Source: a bacterium
GTDB lineage: Bacteria > UBA8248 > JACPRG01 > G963555815
Direction of reading: 5' to 3'
Assembly (NCBI GenBank): GCA_965218795.1
Contig: OZ244653.1
Span: forward strand, 3,072,001-3,136,000
Length of the DNA stretch: 64,000 nt
The notes under the pieces were generated by a model that saw only the letters and a program-made list of their open reading frames with translations, was not told the DNA's origin and made no database searches. Both the position numbers and the translations under genes were made by a program. Positions 20,666 to 30,912 of this stretch are shown piece after piece. Numbering within the stretch: position 1 is the stretch's first letter; each line of letters opens with the position of its first letter.

Positions 20666-20809
20666 GTACGGCCAGGTATCTTCCAGAACAGATGATATCT
20701 TTCAAAGGGGGAAGGAGGTCCCCCGGAAGCCAGAGAGGGAGGAGCCACGACAACGGCAGAGAAGAGGGTGAAGATGACAGTTTACTCATCTTGCTTGCGA
20801 CTTCCTCTC

Positions 20810-20968
20810 TGGATTCCTGCTGGAGCCTGTCCTCGAAGGCTTTTATCGGGGGCAGGAATGACCCATCGGGGGTTCGCAGGTCTCGTCCGTCATTCCCACC
20901 GGAAGGCTTCCACCCGGACCGGGGTTTGTCCCAGAGTCCGCCATTCCCGCGAAAGCGGGAATCCATGC
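20810..20968. repeat. REP-like palindromic repeats (ATTCCCGCGAAAGCGGGAATCCA type)
   Basis: ccattcccgcgaaagcgggaatcca at about 20941-20965, an inverted relative tggattcctgc...gcaggaatgac at about 20810-20862, and a partial gtcattccc at about 20890. Confidence 0.6.
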
Positions 20969-21174
20969 AGCATGCTCCCCGACTGAAATACTCGGGGACA
21001 GGCTCCCCGACTGAAACCCTCAGGGGCAGGCCCAACCGGTCACCCCTGCGCGCCTCTGGGCAGGGGTCCATGTCCCCCCTTCCTCTGCATCCACCGGGGG
21101 CCGTTCCCGTGATAGGATGCGCCTTGACAAAAATCCGCCCCACACAGAAAGGATCCCCGATGCGCGGCAACCGG

Positions 21175-21354
21175 CTCGATCGGAAGGTCATGGTGACCAG
21201 GATGGGGATCGACGCCACTGTCCCGCCGGGATACGAGAGGTCGTACACGGATCAGGCCGGGAGCCCGGGTCTGGAGGATTCCCTGTCGCCCGCCGATTTC
21301 AGCGGCGGCGGAAAACGCCCATTGCAAGTCCCTGAAGGAGGAGTGGATGCCTAA
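21175..21354 (+). pseudogene. 3' remnant of a second UbiD-family gene
   Basis: VTRMGIDATVPPG motif; the frame ends overlapping the amidohydrolase start, as for an operon predecessor. Confidence 0.5.
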
Positions 21355-22756
21355 GGACAAGGTGGACCTGTTGTTCAACAATGCCGTCGTCCTCACCATG
21401 AACCCGTCACGGGAACTCCTCTGGGACGGCGCGGTCGCGATCCGGGGGGCGCGGATCGAAGAAGTCGGCCCGACCGAAGTCCTCGCCGGGAAGTTCGAGG
21501 CGGCCCGGGAGATTGACGCCCGTCACAAGCTGTTGATGCCCGGTCTCGTCAACACCCACAACCATATGTTCGGCGCCCTCTGCCGGGGCCTCGTCAACGA
21601 CCTCTCCTTCACGCCCTGGGTCCAGAAGAAGTTCTACGTGTCCACCAAAGGGCTGGATCTGGAGAGCTATTATCTCAGCACCCTGCTCCTCGGCATCGAG
21701 ATGCTGAAATCAGGGACAACCTGTTATGTGGATTGCGGAACCGTTCAGAGACTGGAGGCGAGCGCCGTCCGGGCCGTGGAAGAGGTCGGCATCAAGGCGG
21801 TCCTCGGGCGGACGATGGCGGACGTCACCGAGGACCTTTCCAGCCATCTGCACAACCGGAAGGAATCGACGCAGGAGAACCTTCGGGATACCGAAAACTT
21901 CGTCAAGGAATATCACGGTGCGGCTGACGGCCGGGTTCTCGCCTGGTTCGCCCCCATCCAGGTGTCCAGCATCTCCGACGAGCTCTGCCGAGAATCCATC
22001 CGCCTCGCTGAGCAGTACGATTCCGGCTTCGTCACCCATGCCGCCGTCGACAAGGCCGATGTCGAGCTCTGCCTGGAACGGTTTGGCGATACCCCCATCG
22101 AGCGGTTTCACCGACTGGGCGTTCTGGGACCGCGCCTCATCGCCACCCACATGGGGTGGCTGAGCCAGAACGAGATCCGGCTGCTGGCCGAGACCCGCAC
22201 CAATATCTCCCACTGCCCCAGCGCCAGCATGAAGCTGGCCTATGGCTGTCTGAGCCACGGGAGTTTCCCGGAGCTGGAAGAAGCGGGCGCCAACGTCACG
22301 GTCGGCACGGACGGCCCGGCGGCCAGCAACTTCCAGGACTTGTTCCGGGTCATGCACCTGGCCTCGGTGGGCCAGCGGGAGATCCGCCTGGACCCCCGCA
22401 TCATGCCGCCGGAAAAGGTCCTGGAATGGGCGACCCTCAACGGAGCGCGTTCGGTGGGGTGGGCCGATCGGATCGGCTCGCTGGAGGCCGGCAAGCGGGC
22501 GGACATGGCCCTTCTGAACCTCCGGCGGACGGAGTTCGTTCCCCTGCACCCCGACACCGTGATCCAGAACCTGGTCTACGCCGCGGCCGGGCATTGCGTG
22601 GAGATGGTCCTCGTGGACGGCAGGATCGTCGTGGAGGACGGGCGGGTCACGACGGTCGACGAGGAGGACATCATCGACCGGATCAACCGGTTCGCTGACC
22701 GCTTCGCCGGCCTCTCCCGGGAATGGGACGAGAAGAAGGCGAAGGGAAAGCATTGA
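21347..22756 (+). CDS. Metal-dependent amidohydrolase (AtzA/MtaD/SsnA-like deaminase group)
   Basis: MPGLVNTHNH, EMLKSGTT, SHCPSASMKL, GTDG, GSLEAGKRAD. Confidence 0.9.
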   Translation: MPKDKVDLLFNNAVVLTMNPSRELLWDGAVAIRGARIEEVGPTEVLAGKFEAAREIDARHKLLMPGLVNTHNHMFGALCRGLVNDLSFTPWVQKKFYVSTKGLDLESYYLSTLLLGIEMLKSGTTCYVDCGTVQRLEASAVRAVEEVGIKAVLGRTMADVTEDLSSHLHNRKESTQENLRDTENFVKEYHGAADGRVLAWFAPIQVSSISDELCRESIRLAEQYDSGFVTHAAVDKADVELCLERFGDTPIERFHRLGVLGPRLIATHMGWLSQNEIRLLAETRTNISHCPSASMKLAYGCLSHGSFPELEEAGANVTVGTDGPAASNFQDLFRVMHLASVGQREIRLDPRIMPPEKVLEWATLNGARSVGWADRIGSLEAGKRADMALLNLRRTEFVPLHPDTVIQNLVYAAAGHCVEMVLVDGRIVVEDGRVTTVDEEDIIDRINRFADRFAGLSREWDEKKAKGKH

Positions 22757-22796
22757 CGAGACTCCCGTGATGCGGGCCGTCTTCCCCTGCCGTCTG

Positions 22797-22830
22797 CGGT
22801 GCGCCTCCGACCGAAGGCGCACCGTTTTGT
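22797..22830 (+). terminator. Intrinsic terminator candidate
   Basis: cggtgcgcct...aggcgcaccg stem followed by ttttgt. Confidence 0.6.
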
Positions 22831-22841
22831 GAAAAGAGGGC

Positions 22842-22897
22842 TTGACGGGATCGGTCGAAATTATTAAATTCTTTGAAGGGTTCAACAAATTATTGAA
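22842..22897 (+). promoter_or_regulatory. Sigma70-type promoter plus downstream palindrome
   Basis: TTGACG (22842)-17 nt-TAAATT (22865); ttcaa-caaatta-ttgaa at 22881-22897. Confidence 0.55.
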
Positions 22898-22978
22898 TTC
22901 CTGTTCTGCACCGGTCCTCAGGTGACTTCTTGTCGGGGTCCGGCGTGATCCCGGCCTGGCACCGCGAGCTTCCGGTCA

Positions 22979-23608
22979 TTGAACCAAGAGACGCTGTTCA
23001 AGAACGCAGAGGCCGTCGCGTTCGGTCTGAGCGAGTTCTTCGGCGACGCCATCGAGGTTGTCGTCCACGATTTCGCCAATCCCCACCGGTCGATCCGGGC
23101 CATCTATGGAAATCTGACCGGCCGCCGGGTCGGCGGCCCGGCCCCCGAGCGGCTCCGCCGCCGCCTTGCCGACGGCCGGGACTTGCACAACTACCCCGCG
23201 CAGACCAAAGACGGCCGGCCGCTCAAGGCCTCGACGGTCTTCCTTCGGGACGGGCGCGGGGCGGTCATCGGCGCGCTCTCGGTCAATTACGACCTGACGG
23301 AAACCCTCCTGATTCAGGGCTCACTGGAACGGTTTTCCCGAAGGGCCCCCGTGGAAGCGGCGGAGGACGTGGTCCCCATCGGCGAGAACGGCGTGGGCGG
23401 CCAGGTGGAGCAGGCGTTCGGCGAGGCCGCGGATGCGGTCGGCCGGCCCGCTCCGCTCATGAACCGCGATCAGAAGGTCCGGGTCGTCCGGGACCTGGAT
23501 CGCAGAGGCATCTTTCTGATCAAGGGCGCGGTGGACGAGGTGGCCCGGCTCCTCGGGGTCTCCCGCTACACCGTCTATAACTACCGCAAGGAAGCGGCCG
23601 CCGTATGA
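22979..23608 (+). CDS. YheO-like PAS plus HTH transcriptional regulator
   Basis: EVVVHDF...GNLTGRRVGGP, GRPLKAST, GALSVNYD, GIFLIKGAVDEVARLLGVSRYTVYNY. Confidence 0.9.
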   Translation: MNQETLFKNAEAVAFGLSEFFGDAIEVVVHDFANPHRSIRAIYGNLTGRRVGGPAPERLRRRLADGRDLHNYPAQTKDGRPLKASTVFLRDGRGAVIGALSVNYDLTETLLIQGSLERFSRRAPVEAAEDVVPIGENGVGGQVEQAFGEAADAVGRPAPLMNRDQKVRVVRDLDRRGIFLIKGAVDEVARLLGVSRYTVYNYRKEAAAV

Positions 23609-23644
23609 CTCAACCCCCATCCATCGAAAGGAAGGCAAGACGTC

Positions 23645-24862
23645 ATGGCAAAAAGCGTCGATCGTAAAGCTCTCCTCGCCGCGGCGAGGTCGCGCAAGAA
23701 AGAAGTCGTCAAGTTTCTCCGGGACATCGTGGCCCTCCCCAGCCCCAGCCTGGGCGAGGAAAAGGTGGCCAAGCGGATCCTCCAGGAGATGAAGCGGCTC
23801 CGGTACGATGAATGCTGGATCGACAAGCTCGGCAACGTCATCGGCCGCATCGGGAAGGGCAAGACCCACCTCCTTCTCGACGCGCACATCGACACCGTTG
23901 GGGTGGGCGACCCGAAGGCCTGGACCATCGACCCCTTCAAGGGCAAGGTCGATTCCAAGAACGTGTACGGGCGCGGATCCTGCGACAACAAGGGCGCCGT
24001 CGCCTCCCAGGTGGTCGGCGCGCCGCTCATCAAGCAGCTCGGCCTCCAGGATGATTTCAGCCTGTTCGTCATCGGGACGGTCATGGAGGAGGACCTGGAC
24101 GGGTACGGCCTCCAGTTCGCCATTGAGAAGTCCCTGCCGAAGCTGGCCGGGGTGTGCATGGGGGAGCCGACCAACATGGGCGTCTACCGCGGCCACCGGG
24201 GGCGGATGGAGATCAGCGTGCGCGCTCCCGGAAAGTCCTGCCACGCCTCCGCGCCGGAACGGGGGATCAACCCGATCACGAAGATGGCCCCGCTGGTTTC
24301 CGCCATCGATCAGCTGAACCATCGACTCAAGCCCGATCGGTTTCTGGGGAAGGGGACCGTGGCCGTGACGAAGATCGATTGCTCCACGCCCTCCCTCAAC
24401 GCTGTTTCGGACGAGTGCATCATCTACCTGGACCGCCGCCTCACGGCTGGAGAGACCGCCCGAAGCGCGGTGGCGGAGATCAAGGCCCTGAAGGAAGCCA
24501 AGGGCGTGAGGGTGGAGGTCCTCGATTATCAGACGCGCAGCTATACGGGACAGAAGGTCGATACCGACAAGTACTTCCCCACGTGGGTGCTGCCGGAGAG
24601 CCATGTCTTGGTGCAGGGCGGGGCGGGCGCGGCCCGGACGGTCCTGGGCCGGAAGCCGCGCATCGGCCGTTGGGTCTTCAGCACCAACGGTGTGGCGAGC
24701 ATGGGCCGCCTGGGCGTGCCGACGATCGGCTTCGGTCCCGGCAACGAAACCGTCGCCCATTCGGCCAAGGAATTCATTGCAATCGATCACCTGGTGAACG
24801 CGATGGCGTTTTACGCGGCGTTCCCGGGGGCGTACCTCCAGGCGGCGGGACGAAAGGGGTGA
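23645..24862 (+). CDS. ygeY: YgeY-family M20 metallo-hydrolase
   Basis: DAHIDTVG, GRGSCDNKG, MEEDLDG, GHRGRMEI, SCHASAPERG, DRRLTAGET, YFPTW, FSTNGV, IGFGPG. Confidence 0.88.
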   Translation: MAKSVDRKALLAAARSRKKEVVKFLRDIVALPSPSLGEEKVAKRILQEMKRLRYDECWIDKLGNVIGRIGKGKTHLLLDAHIDTVGVGDPKAWTIDPFKGKVDSKNVYGRGSCDNKGAVASQVVGAPLIKQLGLQDDFSLFVIGTVMEEDLDGYGLQFAIEKSLPKLAGVCMGEPTNMGVYRGHRGRMEISVRAPGKSCHASAPERGINPITKMAPLVSAIDQLNHRLKPDRFLGKGTVAVTKIDCSTPSLNAVSDECIIYLDRRLTAGETARSAVAEIKALKEAKGVRVEVLDYQTRSYTGQKVDTDKYFPTWVLPESHVLVQGGAGAARTVLGRKPRIGRWVFSTNGVASMGRLGVPTIGFGPGNETVAHSAKEFIAIDHLVNAMAFYAAFPGAYLQAAGRKG

Positions 24863-24880
24863 TGGATCGATGGTTTTTCC

Positions 24881-25072
24881 CCAGGGGGCTTTTTTGAAAA
24901 ACCGCCCCCTGGACCCCCGAAAAACTTTTGACGGCCGAACCTGTGGTTCGGCCTGCTCGCGGGGAAGGGGAGTCTGGCTGGCTGTGTGATCATACAGCGC
25001 GGAATGGGGACTTTTTTGGGGGACTTTTTTGGCCGGATGCGGGGGGGCGCCTTTCAAAAAGCGCCCCCGCAT
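24881..25072. repeat. Two related REP-like palindromes in inverted orientation
   Basis: ccagggggc-ttttttgaaaaacc-gccccctgg (24881-24912) and atgcggggggg-cgcctttcaaaaagcg-cccccgcat (25037-25072). Confidence 0.55.
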
Positions 25073-25181
25073 TGTGGAGGCGAGTTGCGGCGAAGACGCC
25101 CCCCGCAATCGAATGAGGTCTGTCAACCTCAATGGATGATTTGGTCCAGGTAATTTTGGGAGAGAGGACAGGAGTCAACCG

Positions 25182-26189
25182 ATGAAAACGAACATGACCG
25201 GAAAGGATTACATCTCCACGCAGGATTGGTCGGAGCAGGAGTTGGAGACCGCCATTCAGGTCTCCAACTATCTCAAGATGAAGATAGCTCTGGGCGAGCC
25301 CCACCGCCTGTTGGCCGACAAGACCCTCTTCATGATCTTCTTCGATAAGTCGACGCGCACGCGGAACTCCTTCGAGGGAGGCATCACCCAGCTCGGCGGC
25401 CACGCCCACGACCTCAACCCGGACATCATGCAGATATCTCACGGCGAGAGTCCCCGGGACATGGGGATCATTCTCTCGAGCTACGGCCACGGCATCGCCA
25501 TTCGGCACGACCTGGTGCCGGGCGAGGGCGCGGCCTACATCCGCGAGGTGGCCGAGCACGCCTACGCGCCGGTGATCAGCATGCAGGACGACGTCGATCA
25601 CCCGTGCCAGACCCTGACCGATCTGATGACGATCCGGGAGCGCTTTGGCCAGAACCTCCGGGGCCTGAAGATCGCTGTCTCCTGGGCCTACGCCCCGAGC
25701 TACGCCAAGCCCATGAGCGTGCCGCAGGGGCTGGTTTTGCTCATGACCCGCTTTGGCCTGGACGTGACCCTGGCCCATCCTCCCGAGTACACTCTGATGG
25801 ATCACGTCATGGAGCAGGCCACGAAGAACGCGGAGGAGCACGGGACGAAGTTCGAGGTGACCGACGAAATGGACGCGGCCTTCGAGGGCGCGCACATCGT
25901 CTATCCCAAGAGCTGGGGCATCGAGTCCCTTTTCCACAAGCCGGAGGAAGCTCTGGAGATCAGCAAGAAGTACACGGATTGGATTTGCGACGAGCGCCGC
26001 ATGGGACTCGCGGACAAGCGAAAAATCTACATGCACTGCCTGCCGGCCGACCGGGGGTTTGAGGTGACGGACGCGGTGATCGACGGCCCGTGTTCGGTGG
26101 TGTTCGACGAGGCGGAGAATCGCCTCCACACCGCCAAGGCCCTGATGGCCCTCACCATGGGCGGCGGCCGGCCGTTCGAGGCGTTTTAA
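25182..26189 (+). CDS. Carbamoyltransferase of the OTC/ATC family, YgeW-like
   Basis: STRTR, HPCQTL and MHCLPAD motifs, plus the YgeW-type SWAYAPSYAKPMSVPQG and IVYPKSW; adjacent to ygeY. Confidence 0.85.
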   Translation: MKTNMTGKDYISTQDWSEQELETAIQVSNYLKMKIALGEPHRLLADKTLFMIFFDKSTRTRNSFEGGITQLGGHAHDLNPDIMQISHGESPRDMGIILSSYGHGIAIRHDLVPGEGAAYIREVAEHAYAPVISMQDDVDHPCQTLTDLMTIRERFGQNLRGLKIAVSWAYAPSYAKPMSVPQGLVLLMTRFGLDVTLAHPPEYTLMDHVMEQATKNAEEHGTKFEVTDEMDAAFEGAHIVYPKSWGIESLFHKPEEALEISKKYTDWICDERRMGLADKRKIYMHCLPADRGFEVTDAVIDGPCSVVFDEAENRLHTAKALMALTMGGGRPFEAF

Positions 26190-26398
26190 TTTTTCAGACT
26201 AAGGAGGCTCTTGAAGCACCGTATCTCCGCAATTTCGGAGCGGCGGCGATGCGCCTCAGCGTATTCGCGTGCTCCGCACGGCTGAAGGGAGGGAGCTCCG
26301 GCCGATGGCTGTCCGTGCCCCCCGTCGGCGACGCACCTGGATGACCGAATCGGGGATTTTTTCGACTTGAATCGGTAAGCGACCCCTTGTTCGGGACT

Positions 26399-27145
26399 TC
26401 ACTGCATTACCGCCCCGCCGTTGATCAGGAGCGACTGCGCGGTGATGAAGTCCGAATCGGCGGAGAGGAAAAAGATCAGCGACCCCAACATGTCGGCGGG
26501 CACCTCGGTCCGCTGGATGATGCGTCCTCTCCGGATCATCTCGTCGTGTTGGGGCCTCTCGCGGGCGTCCCGCTCGTGGGGAATGTAATCGGGCGCGACG
26601 GCGTTCACGTTGATGCCATACGGACCGCACTCGCGGGCGAGGGCGCGCGTGAGGCCGATCACGCCGGCCTTCGATGTCACGTAGTGGAGGAAGTTCTCCG
26701 TCCCCTTGTGCACCGTGTTGGAGGCGATGTTGATAATGCGGCCGTGGCCCTGTTCCTTCATGTAGGGGAAGACGGCTTTGCAGCAGTGAAAGACCCCTTT
26801 GAGGTTGATGGCCATCAGCCGGTCCCACTCCTCCTCGGCGATCTCGTAAAATGGCTTCAGCTCGATGTCGTGGAACAGGGCGGCGTTGTTGACAATACCG
26901 TCGATCCGACCGTATCGCTCATGCGCGGTCCGGGCCATGTTCCGTGTGGCCTCCTCGTTGGAAACGTCCACGTGAACGCCCGCGGCCTCGCCTCCGGCGG
27001 CTTTGATTCTCTCGACCGTCTCCTCGCAGTCGCGGATGTCCGCCGCCACGATTCTTGACCCTTCCTTCGCCAGGCCCGTTGCGTAAACCTGCCCGATATT
27101 CCGGGCCGCGCCCGTCACGATGACCACCTTGTCCTTGAGCCTCAT
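26399..27145 (-). CDS. Short-chain dehydrogenase/reductase
   Basis: TGAARNIG, NNAA, YVTSK catalytic motif, VNAVAP. Confidence 0.92.
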   Translation of the reverse strand: MRLKDKVVIVTGAARNIGQVYATGLAKEGSRIVAADIRDCEETVERIKAAGGEAAGVHVDVSNEEATRNMARTAHERYGRIDGIVNNAALFHDIELKPFYEIAEEEWDRLMAINLKGVFHCCKAVFPYMKEQGHGRIINIASNTVHKGTENFLHYVTSKAGVIGLTRALARECGPYGINVNAVAPDYIPHERDARERPQHDEMIRRGRIIQRTEVPADMLGSLIFFLSADSDFITAQSLLINGGAVMQ

Positions 27146-27187
27146 CCGGTCCTGTTTCCCCTCTCGGGGTGTTCTTGTGAAAACCTG

Positions 27188-27745
27188 TCAGAAACCGACG
27201 CCTTGAAGCTCCCTGGCGCGTTTTCGGTGCTCCGGAAGCACCTTTTCCAGATCGCAGGTCAGGAGTTGGCTGGCCTCTACAACCACTTCGCCGTTCACGA
27301 TCAGCGTTCTGACCCGAGTCGTCGCGCAAAGCACCATGGCCGCCAGCGGGTCTCCGGCTCCGGAATACCCTTATGTCTTCCAGAGAAAAGATGGCGATGT
27401 CCGCGCACAGACCGGGCTTCAATGCCCCCACATCGTCGCGGCCGAGGCATCGCGCCCCTCCGAGCGTCGCCAATCGCATGGCGTCCTGAACCGTGATCGC
27501 CTTGGGTCCATTGATGGCGCGCTGGAGCAGCAGTGCCCGTTTGACCTCGGCGAGCAGGTCCGATGAGTCGTTCGACGCGCTCCCGTCCACGCCGAGGCCT
27601 GCCGGCGAGATCCCTTCCAGAAGATCGCCCACCCTTGCCACGCCCGAGCCGCACCGCATGTTGCAGGTAGCGCAGTGGGCGACGCCCACGCCGGCTTTGC
27701 CGAGGCGGTGATCGCCGTGGCGTCGCGGATGAGGGTCCGCGTCAT
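27188..27745 (-). pseudogene. 8-oxoguanine deaminase-like amidohydrolase with a large internal deletion and a frameshift
   Basis: MTRTLIRDATAIT (ATG overlaps the XDH stop) jumps directly to GVAHCATCNMRCGSG...GLGVDGSASND...ATLGGARCLGRDD; +1 frameshift near 27372. Confidence 0.75.
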
Positions 27746-30045
27746 CGGGCGGCCTGCTCCCGGAGTGCATGGAAGACGCGCTCGGGCGTTGCGGGCGTCC
27801 GGTGGATCCCCACCCCCGTCGCGTCCCGGATGGCGTTGACGACCGCGGCGGCGGCGGGGAGCGTCACAATTTCCCCCGCGCCCTTCGCTCCGAAGGGACC
27901 GAGGGGCTCGTAGCCGTCGATCAGATGCGTCTCGATTTCGGGGGCGTCGAGGGCCGTCCCGATTAGATAGGTCGTGAAGTTCGGGGTCAGGACGACCCCG
28001 GCGTCGGTGAGCACGGTATCCTCCCACATGCCGATGCCGGCGCTGTAGAGGGATCCTCCCTCGCTCTGGCCCTCCAGCCCCTGGGGATTGATCACCCGTC
28101 CCACGTCCTGGGCCGTCACGAGGTCGAGCAGCCGGACGCGCCCTGTGAGCGTATCCACCTCCACCCGGGCGAGGTGCGTGGCGAAGGCGTAGAGGAGGTG
28201 GGGAAGCTCCTCGGTGCCCGGAATGGTGGTTTCGTCCCGCGGCCAGTCGTACCGCGCCTCCACCTCTCCCGAATCGCCTCGCTCATGAATGGCCTTTCCG
28301 ATTTCGGCGTAGGAGACGGCCCGCTCCGGCGCCGAGCGCGAGCGGACGGTTCCCTCGTGGAGCTCTAGGTCTTCTTCTCCGACTTCGAGCCGCCCCGCCG
28401 CCTCCTTCTTCAACAGAGCCTCCATCAGGGGGGCGGCCTCGAGGATGGCATTCCCTCCGGTGACGGTCGATCGGGAGGCGTCGGCCCCGCCGCACTCCAG
28501 GACGTGGTCCGTATCGACCGAGAGAAGCTCGACGTTCTCGGGCGCGCAGTGCAAGGTCTCCGCGGCCATCTGGACAAATCCTGTCGTGATCCCCTCCCCC
28601 ATCTCGATGAGACCGATACCCAGACTGAGTTTCCCCTCCGGGGTCAACGCGATCCGGACTGAACCGCCGTCGGGGAATTGGCCGAGACCGATCCCTTTCA
28701 CGCCGGACGCGAGGCCGACTCCCCGCTTGAGCCACGGGCGGGCGACGTCCTTCTTCCATACCTCTCGGGTCCGCCAGGCATCGGACGACTCGACGGCGGC
28801 CAGCGTCTCTTCGAAATGGCAGGAACACTGCAGGGCATTGCCGAGGGAGGCAGTGTCCCCTTTTCGGATGGCGTTGCGTTTCCTTAATTCCAGGGGATCC
28901 ATCGACAGGGCTCCGGCCAGATCATCCATGTGGGATTCCATGGCCAGACATGCCTGCACCGCGCCGAATCCCCGCACCGCGCCGGCGGGCGTGTTGTTCG
29001 TGATCACGCAGTAGCCGTCAACCCAAACGTTGGGAATGCGGTACGGCCCGCTGACCGACTCCACGGCCACGCAGACGACGGCGGGTCCGTAGCCGATGTA
29101 GGCCCCGGTGTCCGCGACGACCCGGGCCCGGTGGGCGACCAGGGTCCCGTCTTTTTTCGCACCGGTCTTCAGCGTGATGCGGAAAGGGTGCCGCTTCCAG
29201 CCGGCCAGGGTGGATTCCTCGCGGTCCCAGAACAGCCGGACGGGCCGTCCCGTCAGCATCGCCGTCAAGCCCAGGTGGATCTGAACGGTAACGCCGTCCT
29301 TTGGGCCGAATCCACCCCCCAGGGGAGAGGCCTGAATCCGAATCCGCTCCAAGGGAAGATTGAGCGAACGGGAGATTTCGCGTCGGTCCCGGAAGGGGTT
29401 CTGCGCCCCGCTCTGGATGATCAGGATGTCCCCCTCCATCCGGGCGACGCCTGATTCGGGCTCGATGAAGGCCGCGGTCTGCCGGGGGGTCTCGAAAGTG
29501 TTTTCGACGACGATGTCCGCATCGCCGAACCCGGCATCGACATCTCCGTGTCCGAGGTGAAATTCCTTCACCAGATTCCCGTTTTCCCCGATGGAACAGG
29601 CACCCTCCTTCATCGCCTCATCCGGATCGGTGATCACCGGGAGCGGCTCGTATTCCACATCGATCAGCTCCAGCGCGGCGGAGGCCGCCTCCTTCGTTTC
29701 GGCCACCACCAGGGCGATGGCGTCCCCGTGAAAGCGGACCCGTTCGCCGCACAGGACCGGCTGCTCGGGGATGAATACGCCGTGGTTGTTCTCCCCGGGG
29801 ACATCCTTGGCGGTGATGACCCGAACCACGCCCGGTGTCTTCTCCGCCTTGGAGATGTCGAGAGAGCGGATACGGGCGTGCACGCTCCCGGACGGACCCG
29901 GTTCCGATCGCTTGGTCCGAACCCAGAGGACGTCGTCGGGATACAGGTCGGAGAAGTAGCGGGTCTCTCCCGTGGTCTTGCCGTCGCCGTCGACCCGCCG
30001 GAGCGATTGCCCCACCGGCCCGTTCCCGCTTCGCTCAGGAGCCAT
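27742..30045 (-). CDS. Xanthine dehydrogenase-family molybdopterin-binding subunit
   Basis: RVDGDGKTTG, LGGGFGPK, AVRGFG, ADASRST, DVGRVINP, PFGAKGAGE. Confidence 0.92.
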   Translation of the reverse strand: MAPERSGNGPVGQSLRRVDGDGKTTGETRYFSDLYPDDVLWVRTKRSEPGPSGSVHARIRSLDISKAEKTPGVVRVITAKDVPGENNHGVFIPEQPVLCGERVRFHGDAIALVVAETKEAASAALELIDVEYEPLPVITDPDEAMKEGACSIGENGNLVKEFHLGHGDVDAGFGDADIVVENTFETPRQTAAFIEPESGVARMEGDILIIQSGAQNPFRDRREISRSLNLPLERIRIQASPLGGGFGPKDGVTVQIHLGLTAMLTGRPVRLFWDREESTLAGWKRHPFRITLKTGAKKDGTLVAHRARVVADTGAYIGYGPAVVCVAVESVSGPYRIPNVWVDGYCVITNNTPAGAVRGFGAVQACLAMESHMDDLAGALSMDPLELRKRNAIRKGDTASLGNALQCSCHFEETLAAVESSDAWRTREVWKKDVARPWLKRGVGLASGVKGIGLGQFPDGGSVRIALTPEGKLSLGIGLIEMGEGITTGFVQMAAETLHCAPENVELLSVDTDHVLECGGADASRSTVTGGNAILEAAPLMEALLKKEAAGRLEVGEEDLELHEGTVRSRSAPERAVSYAEIGKAIHERGDSGEVEARYDWPRDETTIPGTEELPHLLYAFATHLARVEVDTLTGRVRLLDLVTAQDVGRVINPQGLEGQSEGGSLYSAGIGMWEDTVLTDAGVVLTPNFTTYLIGTALDAPEIETHLIDGYEPLGPFGAKGAGEIVTLPAAAAVVNAIRDATGVGIHRTPATPERVFHALREQAAR

Positions 30046-30048
30046 ATC

Positions 30049-30912
30049 TCAACTTTCCATCAGGACGTCGTACATTCCTTGATAGAAGAGACCCGGAATC
30101 AGGGCCCTTCTGTACTCGGCCGAGGCCCGGACATCGTCGATGGGTTGGGCCGATTGCGCGGCGAGTTGGCCGATCTCCATCAGGTCATCAGGCTTGACCG
30201 GCCCTTCGGTCAACGCGCTTTCAGCCGCCGGCGCCCGGCACACGGTCGGGGCGACCGCCCCCAAGGCCACCCGCGCCGAGGTGAATTTTCCCGACTGGCC
30301 GGACGCCCGACCGACCCGGGCGGCTACCCCCGCCACGGAGATCGCCAGAGCGTCCCGCAGGTCGAGCCGCCGGTAGAAGCTGGTCTCGCGCTCCTTCATC
30401 ACGGGGAAACGCACCGCGGTGATGAGCTCATCGGAGCTGCGGGCCGTCTGTCCCGGCCCGAACATATACTTCTCGAGAGATACGTCACGGACGCTGCTGC
30501 TGCTCTCGAGGACGGCCTGCGCGCCGAGCGCGAGCAGGGGGGGCAGGGCGTCCCCGGCCGGCGAGGCCGTCCCCAGGTTGCCCGCCACCGTCGCCCGGTT
30601 CCGGATCTGGACCGAGCCGAACAGCGCCGCGGCTTCCCACAGGGCAAGCCCATGGCAGCGGATGATATCCGACCGGAGAAGGTCGGTCAGGGTCGTCAAT
30701 GCGCCGATTTCGATGAATCCGTCCTCCTCCCGGATGAACCGGAGCTCCCCTCCGAGGTAAGAGAGATTAAGGTAGCGGCTCACCCCCATCCGGCCGTCGC
30801 GCACCCAGACGACGACGTCCGTGGCGCCGGAGACCACACGCAGGTCGTCTCCGTCGGTCGCCAGGGCGTCCATAGCCTCCTCCAGGGTCCGGGGGTTGAG
30901 GAATTCGGTCAC
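30049..30912 (-). CDS. Xanthine dehydrogenase-family FAD-binding subunit
   Basis: SGATDV, GSVQIRNRATVAGNLGTASPAGD, PIDDVRASAEYR; the GTG start overlaps the upstream stop. Confidence 0.92.
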   Translation of the reverse strand: MTEFLNPRTLEEAMDALATDGDDLRVVSGATDVVVWVRDGRMGVSRYLNLSYLGGELRFIREEDGFIEIGALTTLTDLLRSDIIRCHGLALWEAAALFGSVQIRNRATVAGNLGTASPAGDALPPLLALGAQAVLESSSSVRDVSLEKYMFGPGQTARSSDELITAVRFPVMKERETSFYRRLDLRDALAISVAGVAARVGRASGQSGKFTSARVALGAVAPTVCRAPAAESALTEGPVKPDDLMEIGQLAAQSAQPIDDVRASAEYRRALIPGLFYQGMYDVLMES

